Assembly (NCBI GenBank): GCA_964187785.1
Contig: OZ076417.1
Span: 16,740,001 to 16,804,000 of the forward strand
Length of the DNA stretch: 64,000 nucleotides
Reading direction: 5' to 3'
DNA from: Amphiscolops sp. MND2022
Taxonomy: Eukaryota
The translations under genes were made by a program, and so were the position numbers. Position 1 is the stretch's first letter; every line of letters starts with the position of its first letter. Under the pieces are notes generated by a model, which searched no databases, was not told where the DNA came from, and was given only the letters and a program-made list of their open reading frames with translations. Below are positions 21,892-34,007 of this stretch, piece after piece.

Positions 21892-24879
21892 TGTCACAAC
21901 CCGCTACCGGCTGTTATCGCTTTGAATGCGATAATTCAAATTTTTTCAAACCACTTGTCTCAACTCAAATATGGAAACTTGAGGTCAGAAAAGCGTGAAA
22001 GCACAATCATTGCACCTTCATCAACTACCATAAAAACTAAAACGACTACCCAAAATAAGACTCCGTTAGGGAGTCGCAGCATGGTGACAGGAGTTCAATC
22101 GATTCCACGAACGAACAAATTGACATCAACAGATGCGCAACAGGGACAGAACAGAAGCAGGGAGGACAGTCAAACTCATTCAGAACATCGAAACAAGAAG
22201 AAATTACGAATGGAAACCATAAGTGGTTACTTTAGAATGTAACGCTTGCTGTAACGTTTTGACCTCGAAAATGAGCAGTCAGTAACTGAAATTCCCCTCC
22301 AAAAACTGTGCCAACAATGAACAACTTATTTTGGTCAAAAAAGACTCGTGTAATTATTACCTAGTTCAGAAAAATGGATCACGGTATCTTCAATTTTTTC
22401 ACATTATTCGTCCCCGACTCACAACTTTAAGCCAAGGACTGCATGACGTGATAATCAAGACAGTAGAGGAGAATGGAGGCAACCCCACAGCACCAGAATA
22501 AAATTCGTCCGCAATGGTAGCGGGAACAGCTAAGGAAGTGCCAGGTTGAGGTACTGAAAATCAAGATCTGGATTCAGAGGCGTCAGGAAATCGGGTAAGA
22601 CTGTAATGGCTGATAACCAAAAAACAACATTCCAAACACCCATGGAAGTCAGAAAGATTTTACCAACCTGAGGCAACACGTGCAACTTCCACCTCCGATT
22701 CGACAACGTCATCATTAGAGTAAGTGTATACAGTTTCGTTCCCACTGATGAAACCAGTTGAAGCAACCGTGAGTGGGGGAAACAGCTTCTACGTTTTCCA
22801 TCGATAGCAGGAAACAGTGGAAATTTCTTCAAACTAATTGTCGACAGATAATTGCAGGACTGCCTACCCAGCAAACACAAGCAAATTTTGTCACCGGGTT
22901 TTCTACGTTACACATCTCTCCTAAAATGTTCCGTACGACACCCACAGATCATTGAGCCAGTACAGAAAGAAATGAAAGACAATATCTCTGTCACTTTTAC
23001 TCCAAGAGAGGGGGAAACATCTCGTTCGAACAAGATGTAGCAATTTTACCAGGATCAGTATAACACTGAGCAACCATAGAGAAAACATCTTCATGAACGG
23101 GAAGCTGACGTTGGGCGACGGGACAGGAATCCAGGTCTTGGGACTATGATTGATTCTCAATCGGCGCGCCAGAAAATCTAAGTTGTGACTCACATAGTGA
23201 AACTGGCCACTTCATCAAGGTGAGAATCACAAAGCCTAATGGAAGGAAGAATCTACAGACCAACTTGAGGAATAATGCGATTGGCGAACGTTCGTGTAAC
23301 ACAGGAGAAAAACACAAATTTGTTTTGCTAACAACGGGAACGCCCTGCAAAAGCATCAATTAGTTAAAGTACTGAACCCAAAAGACTACGAATTTTCTTC
23401 GGAAATTGACAATCCCCACAGATGTAAGAAACAAGTGAAATGACAAAAACCCGCATTTTGTCCCTTCGTTCCTTTCCGAGTGATCCTGTCACAGCCCGCT
23501 CCCGGCTTTTATCGCTTTGAATGCGATTACAATTAAATTGGCTTTGATGAACTACTTAGAATGATTTTTGTGACGTCATCAACACAGCTATGCTAGCAAT
23601 GCGTCGTTATCGAAATGATGTTTGTGACGTCATTAGTACCAGAATTGGAATGATTTTTGAGCTTGCCGTAATACCTCTGTAAACCACCGCTCAGGTATGC
23701 CTAATTTTAATACGTACGGAGCAGTAACGGAGCAAATTACAGCTATGACTAATCTTAATACGTACGGAGCGTCTACGGAGTGGTTTGTAAGCTTGCAAAG
23801 CTATGATTAATCTTAATACGTACGGAGCGACTACGGATCAATTTTACGATTGTAGTTACAAAATTAGGGAATTGAACACAATTTAGTATGAAATTTCCTC
23901 AGGAATTGATGATTGCAAAGATTTTGTGAATAGAATGCAACGTAAGGACATCGTCATATGAATGGATGCTTCCCTCCCGATGAACTTCATACCAGTGTTT
24001 CCATTGAGTGTTCTGCATTTATACTATTAAATCGAAATTGTCAATCGAAGTAATAACGTGCTCATGTTCTTAACCGATGTTCTGATTAGCATTTTTCAAA
24101 GTGTGCAATTTCTTGACCAAAAGGTCTCCGTTGTTTTAGTATTTATGTGATTGTATGTTTAGCTCAGATATATTTACGTCGTTTTATGTTCGTGCTAATA
24201 ATAATGGCAATAACTGGAAACTGTAATTCCGGCATCATTTGTTCCTTCTCATTAGTATTCAGATGCTTCCGCTGTCAAAATTATTTACTCCGTCTTAGTT
24301 ACGTCTTCATTTTTGCTAGTCATACTTTTGTCTTGAGCAATTGAATTCCCAACTTGGAACTTGACGAATTGATCACGCCGGCGTGCCTCCGTCGATGAAA
24401 ATATCAAGCAGGCTCTCATTTTGCCGCCATTTTGACGCTCAAACAGGAAGTGTATCGTTTGAACAAAAAAGATTTCAACAAATGTTACGGAAGGGCGACA
24501 CAACAAGGAATTTCGTTACCTGATTTTGTGACGCGGGACTGAAATAATATGAACCAACTGGGTTTTTGTGTGAACAAACCCGATTTTTATGATACCTAGG
24601 AATTTTTAGGTGAGAAACAAATGATGCTAGGAAAGTATAATTATGTTGGTTTTGTAAATTAAATCTGGAATGTTAATATTGATCATTGTTGCACTATTTT
24701 ACACCGTTGTTTTAACGATTTTCTTTTGGAAATTCAAATTTTTTCAAACTACTTGTTTCAACTCAAATATGAAAACTCGAGGTCAGAAAAGCGTGAAAAT
24801 ACAATCATTGCACCTTCATCAACTTCCATAAAAACTAAAACGACTACCCAAAATAAGACTCCGTTAGGGAGTCATAGCA
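21892..24879 (+). mobile_element. Element 3: internally deleted Gypsy-clade LTR element (~3 kb)
   Basis: TSD CAAGT at 21887-21891 and 24880-24884; 3' LTR 23487-24879 (TGTCACA...AGCA); 5' LTR 21892-22081 keeps only both LTR ends; PBS TGGTGACAGGAGT at 22082-22094; decayed internal sequence and no recognisable intact pol. Confidence 0.85.
23701..23840 (+). repeat. Three ~50-58 bp units in the Element 3 LTR, each carrying an ACGGAG-N5-ACGGA(G/T) dimer
   Basis: Motif pairs at 23716/23727, 23764/23775 and 23822/23833 (11-bp period). Confidence 0.85.
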
Positions 24880-26085
24880 CAAGTCACACAATGACAAATT
24901 ATGAAAACCCTTAGTTCGGAAATTTACTATATATGAAAACATTTCAGTCATTGCATAATGCTAATATGTATCAATTTTTTAATGACTTCTAGTTTGCAAA
25001 TATGATACATTGTATGCAGTAAACTTTATGTTAACTTGGCGACTTGAAATCTTTGGCGCCCTGAGAAACACTTGAATTAACAATCCAGCTGTATTTAGAA
25101 CTGTATATTGCCAAAACTAATTGTTTTATGATTTTCTGCTGAACACTTTCAACGGCTGAAACAATTTTCAGACGAAAGACGTAAGGTTTTGAGTCTTGAC
25201 TTTGCAAACACGTATATGCTAGCTGTGTTTCAATTATGCCACTTTTTCTGAATGACTTGACAAAAAATATAAACAAAGCAAAAAAATGATTTTTAGCATT
25301 CATTTCTTTTTCAAACATTGTTATCAAAATTCACAAATGAAAAGCGTCAAAGCATTTCCACAGTTGCTGCCCAATTTTTTAATTTTACATATTTCTCCGA
25401 AAACCAGGCGAGAAAATAGCCATTTACAACAAAGACCTCACAAAACTTGTTTTGTAGCTACACAATTGCTCACGTGATCCGCTGATAATGGATGTTCATT
25501 CCAAAGAATGAACTGTTAATAGCTTCAGTGAATGATAATGTCTTAGTTAATGATTGAAGTTAATATTTGGCTTCCCAAGGGTACGAAATTTGCAGTTTGA
25601 GCAGTACCAGTGTCACTCAATGAGACTCTTGAGCAAATTATCGCCTCAACACACGCCCCAAAAACCTCAAAAATCTCCACAAGAGAAGAGAACATGTTGG
25701 TGAATGAGCTAAACACTAGACTGAAAAGAAGAACTTTGTCCAATTTTTTGTCGCCAATATTATTTCAGAACGATTGAAGTAAGTTTCAACTCATTTTTCT
25801 TCTTGAAGTTTCACATCAACGTAATGTGTTGCTTTTCATTCAATAATTGTCTTAGTTCTCGATATTCTCTGTTCGTTCGCTCAAACAACTGTTTCTTCTT
25901 TCCCTCGTAGATTCTTTGTCTGTTTTCAACGAAAAATATAGAGGACGTAAGATTGTTGAACTATGTGATAAGATCAACAAACAAAAGTGACGTTCAAAAT
26001 GTCTCAATAAATCAGGTGCCGAGAGATTCAGTAGGTGATTCAGTAAGACAAACAAAGCGTTTCCTGAACATTGTAACAGTTACTG

Positions 26086-26087
<2 letters not shown>

Positions 26088-26120
<33 letters not shown>
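26088..26120. repeat. (CT)n microsatellite
   Basis: About 16 perfect CT units. Confidence 0.95.
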
Positions 26121-26125
<5 letters not shown>

Positions 26126-26647
26126 TAAATTATTGCAGTAAAAATTCAAACTAAAATTTACCATAAAAACTTAAAATGTCAAACTTTGAATCACACACAT
26201 ACAAACTATTACAAAGATACTTCGAGAGGAAAAGGGACTTGGCCTTGTTTCAAGCGGCACCTTACTTTAGACAGCAGCCTTTAAACGTCGTTTTTCAAGA
26301 CCCGTATAAAGTGGCAATTGCTCTGTGAACCCATTGAGTTTTAAAGTAAGTTTACTCGGGTGTTCAGAAAAATTCGAGACTGTTAGAAATTTAAAAGCTC
26401 CCAACAATTTATACATTCAAACAAGAGACTTTTCAACACTCGCAACAATACTGCTAATCGATTGTTGGAAGAGATAGAACAAAAAGACAAGAAAAATGAG
26501 GACTTTGCGCCTTTTTGTGGCTCATAAGAGCGGTGCTGCCTAAAGACGTTTGGTAAATTTCAAAATTTGAGGTCCCGTTAGGTATGTTTCAACAAGACAG
26601 CATCGTTTGTGACAACCAGGCTAGGAGTGATATAACAGCCATTTGTT

Positions 26648-27407
26648 TCAAGCTCTGTAATGAACGAGTACTTCGCAGAAGTTGAGTTTGTCCCATGAAT
26701 GGGTTTCCATGAAAACGAAAGAACCCTCTGTGACTTCTCCACAGATGAGATAATTCCAATGGCCGTGGTAAGTTAGAAATTCGCCACAATAGGCACAGTC
26801 CATTTTTTCGGATTGTTTGCAAATGTACACTTCTAAGTTCTTCAATTTATCAGCTGGAAAACAATAAAAGTTTACCGAATAAAAATGTTCCGCTTGAATT
26901 GAATGTTGTTTTCTAAACCTCAGTGAAGGTGTAACGTCTTACTTACGAATCACATTGGAATAAAAAAACACTTCGCAATAACAAAGGCATTAATTAGTTC
27001 AATTTTTTAAATAAAAAATCCCGATCGCACACAAAACTCTTGGAAGCCAGTGAAATTCTTTGAAAACAACATCGAGGCAAACTTTTTTCGACTGATGCCA
27101 TCAATGCCAAGAAATTATCAGAAAAAATTATCATCACATACAGCGAGAAAAATTTTGGCAAAAGATAGATCATTACCGAAGGTCGAACCAAATCTGTTCA
27201 AAATTGCTACAGCTGTGATGTAGTAAGCACCATCCAATTCGAGTTCCACAAAATGGTAATTTGCATTCGACCAATCTGTTAAGAAGCACTCGCCGTCGTG
27301 ATAGTCCCCTTCGCGACCCAATTTACCGTCAATTAGGTTACTCACGTCGTGTTCAACTAAACCGCGATAGGCAGATGAAGCTGATGTGTTTATTGGCTGG
27401 ATCCAGC
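26648..27407 (-). CDS. Two exons (27407-27177, 26853-26648) of a host gene encoding an F-type lectin/FTP (F5/8 type C-like) domain
   Basis: A phase-1 GT-AG intron at 27176-26854 joins SASSAY...SNLIDG...CFLT...ELELDGAYYITAVAILNR to ADKLKNLEVYIC...CGEVTEGSFVFM...LNFCEVLVHY, matching the fucolectin-like consensus (NR.d...L...eI; C...GryV; L.lCEV.V). Confidence 0.75.
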
Positions 27408-27779
27408 CTGAAAAAAATACCATCCAAAGAATTAACCACCGAACGTTTTAATGGCTAAAGTTGTCCAAAAAAGGAACTCGAAATAGCTCTAGTGATTGGA
27501 AGGGAAAAAACGGAGCAATGTGTCATTACCGGTCAAGTGATTCCTTTCAAAGAAGACCGACAAGCAGGGGCAAGGGTGGCAATTGTATATACAACTTGAA
27601 ATATTTCGAGTTAATGGCTATTTTATTTTAGGTTATTTTAGATGAAATATTGATTGAAGAAGTGGTTAGTAGTCTAAATGGGACTACTAACATTTGCTGT
27701 GTTAAGTCTGTCAAAGTACAACCTGAGATCAAGAGATTAAAATATTCGTGTGTATGGAGGTCAATTGAGATGCTAGCGT

Positions 27780-28600
27780 TCAGTTTTACAATAGGAACTT
27801 TCGAGTACGTCTTAGTAGAACTCTATCAGCTTTTTCGAGCTTTATGCGATTTCATCTAGATAAAGTTTCCAAAGCTGACCAACGTGTTCAATATATCGAT
27901 GATACTGGAATAGCTGCCAATGATGCTGAACAACTGATCAAAAACCTCAGATCAATGTTCAATTTCAACCAAATGGCAGGACTAAAACTAACAATGCATG
28001 CTCGCAACTTTGGAGCCACGAAACTGATTGTCTGGGACGTACCATCACTCCCGATGGGGTGAAGCCCAGAGACACGGGGTCCAAAGTTTACTGGAAAAGA
28101 CGAAACTACCGAAATCCAAGAAAGCCTTACATAGATACAAATGTTTTATGAATTAATACCACTTGCTGAAAACTGATAAAAACTCCAGGTAACACCGAAC
28201 CTGTTCGCAAAAATCACCGATATGAACAAGGCTCTTAACTGAGGTTTTGAACTTGCACTCAAACAACCCCTGCCAAACTAACCAAACAATTCTTTTCAAG
28301 GATGATCCGCCCAGAAGTATACATCAACGAGGAAGGCTTTCGCACCAGTAGCATACGGATCCAAGACCTTTAGTTTTGCCCTATTGAAACATCCAAATAT
28401 GCCAAAAAATTCCAAAGATCACAAATGTGTCAGTAACACCTGAACTGCCCAACTTTCCAAAATGGGATTTAGGTCAAGGCGTTGCACTGCAAATTGACTT
28501 ACTAAACAACTTGCCGCCGAGTAAAGGATATGAAAATTTTCAAACAGCTTTGGAAGTTTTTTCTACCTTTTTTACCCTCCTGCCTACCCTGTAGTGGATG
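27780..28600 (+). pseudogene. Decayed Gypsy RT/RNase H fragment of the same clade as Elements 1 and 2
   Basis: LDKVSKADQRVQYIDDTGIAANDAEQLIKNL...AGLKLTM is colinear with Element 1 RT (LDPLVKADRCAQYVDDIGIAANTPDELIENL...AGLKLSM). Confidence 0.85.
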
Positions 28601-28853
28601 CCTCAGCCACAAGTACGGCAAACGTGCTTATCGCTATCAAGACAAGGCACGCTTACTTGCCCATCACTCTGCGCTTAGTAGACGAAGTGGGGAAACCCTT
28701 AGGTATCCAGGAATACCTTAGGTATGTTTAATATACGTAGTTCAAAATGTTTTTCGTTGAATTTTTAAGTTTTTATATTTTTAGTCAATTATAAAGTGTG
28801 GTCACTCTATTTCCCAAAGACAAAAATGAAAAATTAAAAGGTAACGGAAAAAA

Positions 28854-29705
28854 TCATTTGAAAGAATTCTTTGAGAACCCGAAGAATCTACTGAAAATGT
28901 TAAATACAATAACCTCATCGTAATGACGAATGGTAAGTTTCTCGGCCACCATGCAGTTGCTCTCAAAGAGATGATTGATGCAACTGGTAAAATCTCTTCT
29001 GAGAATCCTCGGGGAAAATTCAGAAGTCTGACCTCGCAGCTTTGCACCATTGTCAACAAGGAAGATTGGTAACACATCGTTTTTGCCAAGGGCCGAAAAT
29101 CGTTTCTCAAAGTCTTGATGGCTAGTGTGTACAATAAAGTTTAAGTTTCCATTGAATGTGGGAACTGCATCAATAAACGTTTTGTGCCGCATTGCGTCTA
29201 GATACCGCGAGGAACACCCAGCTTGTGGTTGACTTTCAGGTACGAAAACTCGCTCGTCTGCTTCTTGTGGTGCAATGTCTTCAACAGAGGTTGTTTCGTC
29301 AATTTTCGGAAGTCCATTCAATTCTCGGGTTCGATTAACTTGGTCCATCGTTGGTGAGAATTGAAAAGCACTCTTTTTCTCCAGGACTTTTCGTAAGGAG
29401 TTGAAGCCTCTGTTCTCGATGAGTTTCGAGACGTTTTCTCTCGTAGGCATCATCAGTTTAATTCGGAGCTTTGCCGTGTACTTGTCCGATGACTGCCATT
29501 GTTCCTTCATTAATAGATGACACGTTTTACCGAGGCAATGTTCTGCCAATCTCCATTTGTCATTAAATGGTTCTCCACAAGGGCCATACCCACAGAAAAA
29601 GCATCGGGTTTTTTTCCGCCCTACTTTTGCATGACCCTCCAAATATCGTGCGATGCCTCTCCAAGGAAGATTTTTTGTTGAAAGTTTCTTGGCAAACTGA
29701 AACAT
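28854..29705 (-). CDS. Orphan 283-aa ORF with a Cys/His cluster
   Basis: Uninterrupted ORF in AT-rich DNA; CFFCGYGPCGEPFNDKWRLAEHCLGKTC; no family recognised. Confidence 0.4.
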   Translation of the reverse strand: MFQFAKKLSTKNLPWRGIARYLEGHAKVGRKKTRCFFCGYGPCGEPFNDKWRLAEHCLGKTCHLLMKEQWQSSDKYTAKLRIKLMMPTRENVSKLIENRGFNSLRKVLEKKSAFQFSPTMDQVNRTRELNGLPKIDETTSVEDIAPQEADERVFVPESQPQAGCSSRYLDAMRHKTFIDAVPTFNGNLNFIVHTSHQDFEKRFSALGKNDVLPIFLVDNGAKLRGQTSEFSPRILRRDFTSCINHLFESNCMVAEKLTIRHYDEVIVFNIFSRFFGFSKNSFK

Positions 29706-31379
29706 TCAAAAACGAAAAACATATAGGAATAAGTCTGCAGTTTCCTTCTGCTTCCTATCTGAAAAAGTTAAAAAAAATCCGCATTTCCCCTGCTTCCAAT
29801 TTGACAAAATAAACAATTTTGGCCGAGGTTGTAGCGGACTTGAAAAGAACCAAGAACATGAAAACAGTAGAAATGCTGCTCAATACTCCCAATGCATGTT
29901 TTTGAATGCTTTTCATTGAAGCGATTCCTTGATATGAAAAATTTCCAGCAATCGTTTTTTTGAAAGTAGACTTCATGTATTACTTTGTATCTGATAATGG
30001 TAATATTTAGATTCGTTTGGTTTTACTCAAAGTCTAACAATTCATCTGAAAGCAACGTTTGGTTATTCAAGGAGCGAACTTCGTTTTGAGGAAAATAGCT
30101 TACCGTTACAAAAGGGAATAGGATTCACCGAAGGGGAGTTCATCTTCTCGATTCTTCTGGAAGTTGTCCAAATGAGTATAACAGAATGAAAAGTGAATTG
30201 AAATTGAATTGAAAGCACAATTTTACAAAGTTCCGAACTGCAACAAACAAAAAACTGAACAAGTGAAATTTTGATGATGAATGCAAAAGTGTAACAATGT
30301 ACGAAATGTAACAATGGAAGCAAACGTGAATCGAATTCAAAAATAAGTAACCAGAATGCAAAGGCGTTATATTTGCGACTTGTTTGGGCTGCTGCACGTA
30401 CACTGAGTTGATACAGCGGTGTGATCAGTGTGTTCGTGTTGTGCATTGTATGACGTAATTGTATTACCTCATTACACAGGTTGTTGTCATCTCTGCATTA
30501 AAACGTGCAAAGGTTCCTAATTCAAAACCACAGTATTTACACTACACTGTAAATGTACACTGTACGAGAGTACATGTATATGAAACGGCGCTGCTTTGCA
30601 GTAGCCAGTTCTTTGATAAAGCGACAAAATTTGATGATGGTTCCAAATAGGTGAAACGTACAAACAGATGAAAAAAACTGGGATAATATTTATGGTATGT
30701 ATTTATTATTCCATCTTTTTTGTTGTGTATTATTTTACTACGAAAAGATATCCTGAACCATGTTCAATCCCCCTCCCCCAGGTACACCTTGTTGCGAATT
30801 AAACCCCGCCCCCCAACACAAAAGCACATATTGTTCTTGAAGAAGCTAAAATCGTATAAAAAGGCCTTTATTTAAACGCTATTTTCCTCCGTGAGCAATT
30901 TTTGACTGACAGTCAATGTAAAAGTAATGAAAATGCCGACATCATGTATTTTACTTCACCAAAATTTCAACTCAAACGATATCGACATAATAGTATTTGA
31001 ACCTTGGGCGGCCACTTGGGGGGATACGACGCATGGTCCGTTATCCCTTATAAATTATGCAAGGGGATCCCTTATATCCCTTAATAATTAAGATTCCCTA
31101 TTCCAGAAATTCATTTCAATTCGTTTTAAATTGACTAATTTTACAGAATATTGGTGACTTGAACTAGGACTCTTTTCAAGGGCTCCCGACCTCCTAATTT
31201 TGAACTTGAGACAAAAATTTTTTGCAGTCAATTACAAAGCGCCATAGCATTCACAATCTGTAAGTTGAATTTCTTTTTTTTCTAATGTAATAAAGAGCAA
31301 ATATTGTACAGTTAATGGCATTTTATTTGTATTTTTTTCTCTTTTGTTTCCATGCTGAGCAACTGAATAAACTGATTGG

Positions 31380-32100
31380 AGCATTTCCGTAAACTTCCCT
31401 ACAATGCACAATTGATGAAAATCATTTCGTAATTTTCATAAAAAATTCCAACCCAAACAATATCACGAACAATTGTTCAAGTCACTAATTTCTGCGACAA
31501 AGACAATTTTGTAGTTTCACCTTGCAATTTTAATAAAATGTTTCTGTGAAGTGAAAAATACTGAAGTGTTGTGGTTATTAACGTGGAAACTCCGACAATG
31601 CACTTTTTATGAAAATCACTAGGTAATGTTCATAAAAAGTTCCAATCGAAAAAATATATCACGAATAATGTTCTTTATGTCCATAAATTCCTCAGCAATG
31701 ATCACTTTATGATTTTCACCTTGTAATTTTCATTAACAGTTCCAACGAAGAAAAAATTTTCGAGGGTTTTGGTTATCATAATGAAATTTCTGCCAATGAA
31801 CTTTTTATGAAAATCACTACGTAATTTTCAGAAAATGTTCAAATTGAAGAACGGTATCCTGAACATTTTTATTTGGAGTCATATTTTTTGCCATTGATCA
31901 CTTTATAATTTTCACCATGTAGTTCTCCTAAAACGTTCGACTTATGAGAAAAACATCGGAGTAAAGTTTTACATGGAACCTCTTATCAGGAAAACTATGC
32001 CATTGGTCTTTTTAATGAAAATCAAAAGTTTCAATAAAATGGTCCAATCTACAAATGTATTACAATTAATTTGGATCTAGCTACTTTATGATAAACACTT
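31380..32100. repeat. Diverged AT-rich tandem repeat, period ~196 bp, 3-4 copies
   Basis: Recurrent atgaaaatca(c/t)t..gtaat(t/g)ttca..aaaa.ttcc block near 31415, 31610, 31808 and 32015. Confidence 0.6.
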
Positions 32101-32779
32101 TTTTTACTGTCCAAAAAGTATTTCTCACAAATAATTAAAGTCAATTATCAGCATATTAATCAAATCCAAATTGCAATGGTGAAAATATAGTACTAATTGA
32201 TTTCACTCTTGAAAATTGGCCTGCAAAATCGTATGAAGCTTGCAAACTGGTCATGTAAAGTGGCAAACTCTTATTCAAACCAATTACGTTCCTTCACGCT
32301 TTGTAAAAGCGTCTACTTTTTGTGGGTGTATATGAAACTTTTGAGGCGTTTAACAGGTGAAGAGTCCTAAGTGTCAAATTTTAGCTTTCTTGCTGAAAGT
32401 GTTGCAGGATAAATCATTCATTCAACACTTTCCTCAAATCAAAACAAGTTGCTCCATTTCCTCATATTGAAAAACAATAACCTTATTCTCTAAACTTTAA
32501 ATTTAATATATCGTTAAGATTAAACAGATTCGCTAACTTTATTCTTCATTAGTCTTCATTCTTCAACATAATTCCATAACCTCAAAACTTTGCCTGATTC
32601 TTTAACATTCAATTCTAACAAAGCTGCAAAACCTCCAAACTTTAACTTGATTCCATAATCTTCAATTTTAACCTAATTTCCTAACTTCAAAACTTCAACC
32701 TGATTCCTTAGTTTTCAAACATAATTAATTTTTCAGAGATGCTCCCGAATCTCCGTTCACAAAACTCTCCGGGTTACTC

Positions 32780-33370
32780 GATCGGGCATTGTAACCAACG
32801 CCAATGCCAATTCAAAAAGACCAGCAGAGCAAAAACTTGTCGGACAAAAGCCAGCCGCAGGTTCTGATGTGGGCGCTCGCGTGATGAGGGGAAAACATGA
32901 CCTCGTGGAATCAACATTCAGAGCGGCTGTCTCTGTGAACGACAAAGCCAACGCAAGTAAACCTGCACACCAAAAACTTGTCAAACAAAAGCGAGCCGCA
33001 GCTTCCGTTGAGGGCCTTCGTGTGATGAGAGGAAAAAATATCCTCGTGGAATCAACATTGGAAGCGGTCGGCACTGGGAACGGCAAAGCCAACACAAGCA
33101 GACCTGCACACCAAAAACTTGTCAAATAAAAGCCAGCCGGGGCTTCTGTTGAGGGCCTTCGTGTGACGAGAGGAAAAAATAAGCTCGTGGAATCAACATT
33201 GGACGCGGCTGGCGCATTGAACGACAACGCAAGTAGACCTGCAGACCAAAAACTTGTCCAACAAAAGCCCGATTCGGTTTCTGTTGAGGGCGTTCGTGTG
33301 ACGGGAGGAAAAACTATCTTCGTTGAATCAACATTGGAAGCGGTCGGCACTGGGAACGGCAAAGCCAACA
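32780..33370 (+). repeat. ~141-bp (47-codon) frame-preserving tandem repeat, about 4 copies
   Basis: Unit starts at 32881, 33022, 33163 and 33298; plus-strand translation RGKxxLVESTLxA...KANxSRPAHQKLVxQK; one copy has TAA at 33127. Confidence 0.8.
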
Positions 33371-34007
33371 CTGGTGGATCAGCAGAGGAAAAACGTGTAC
33401 GGCAAAAGCCAGCAACTGCTGCAGTTGACGAATCGAAAGTGAGAACTGTGGAAAGGGTGACACGGGCTTCAAAGAAAGACTCAGAGACGAATAATGTCAA
33501 CGGAGACGAAGTTGACAGATTGGAGAGAGAAGCAAACAAAAAAAACAGTTGTCGTTGGAAGAGAGGCTGTGATTTCCAGGTAAGCAAACGTACGTTTTGA
33601 TATCTGAGAACGATAAATACGAGTACTCATACACGATAGATAAATTTTGCTATAAGTTTGCGAATTCCACATTATTGTTAATCACGATGATCGAGTTTGC
33701 GTTCTTAGTTATCCTGCACATTATCTGTTTTAGTCGGCGTTTTCGAAGAAAATCCCGACTCTTACAGTGGCTAGTTTTTTTCGTCAGTTCAACGCGTAAC
33801 GTCTACTTTTTGTGGATTAATCCAATTAATGCACATTTACCAACTTTTACCATATGTACTTAGTACTTCATTTTCAACCCATCCAAAGCGTCTAACATGA
33901 GATAAAAAGCGTCCCCCCTTTACATTTTTTGGCACTATACGACTTACCGGAAACTTCGAAAGAAAATTCGAAAAAATTCGGAAATTTTTTTCTCAATTTT
34001 TAGTTAT

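Noticed and set aside
32757-33587. 276-aa hydrophobic minus-strand ORF
   Set aside because: Best explained as the antisense shadow of a frame-preserving repeat; the plus strand matches the orientation of the neighbouring ORFs. Not fully excluded.
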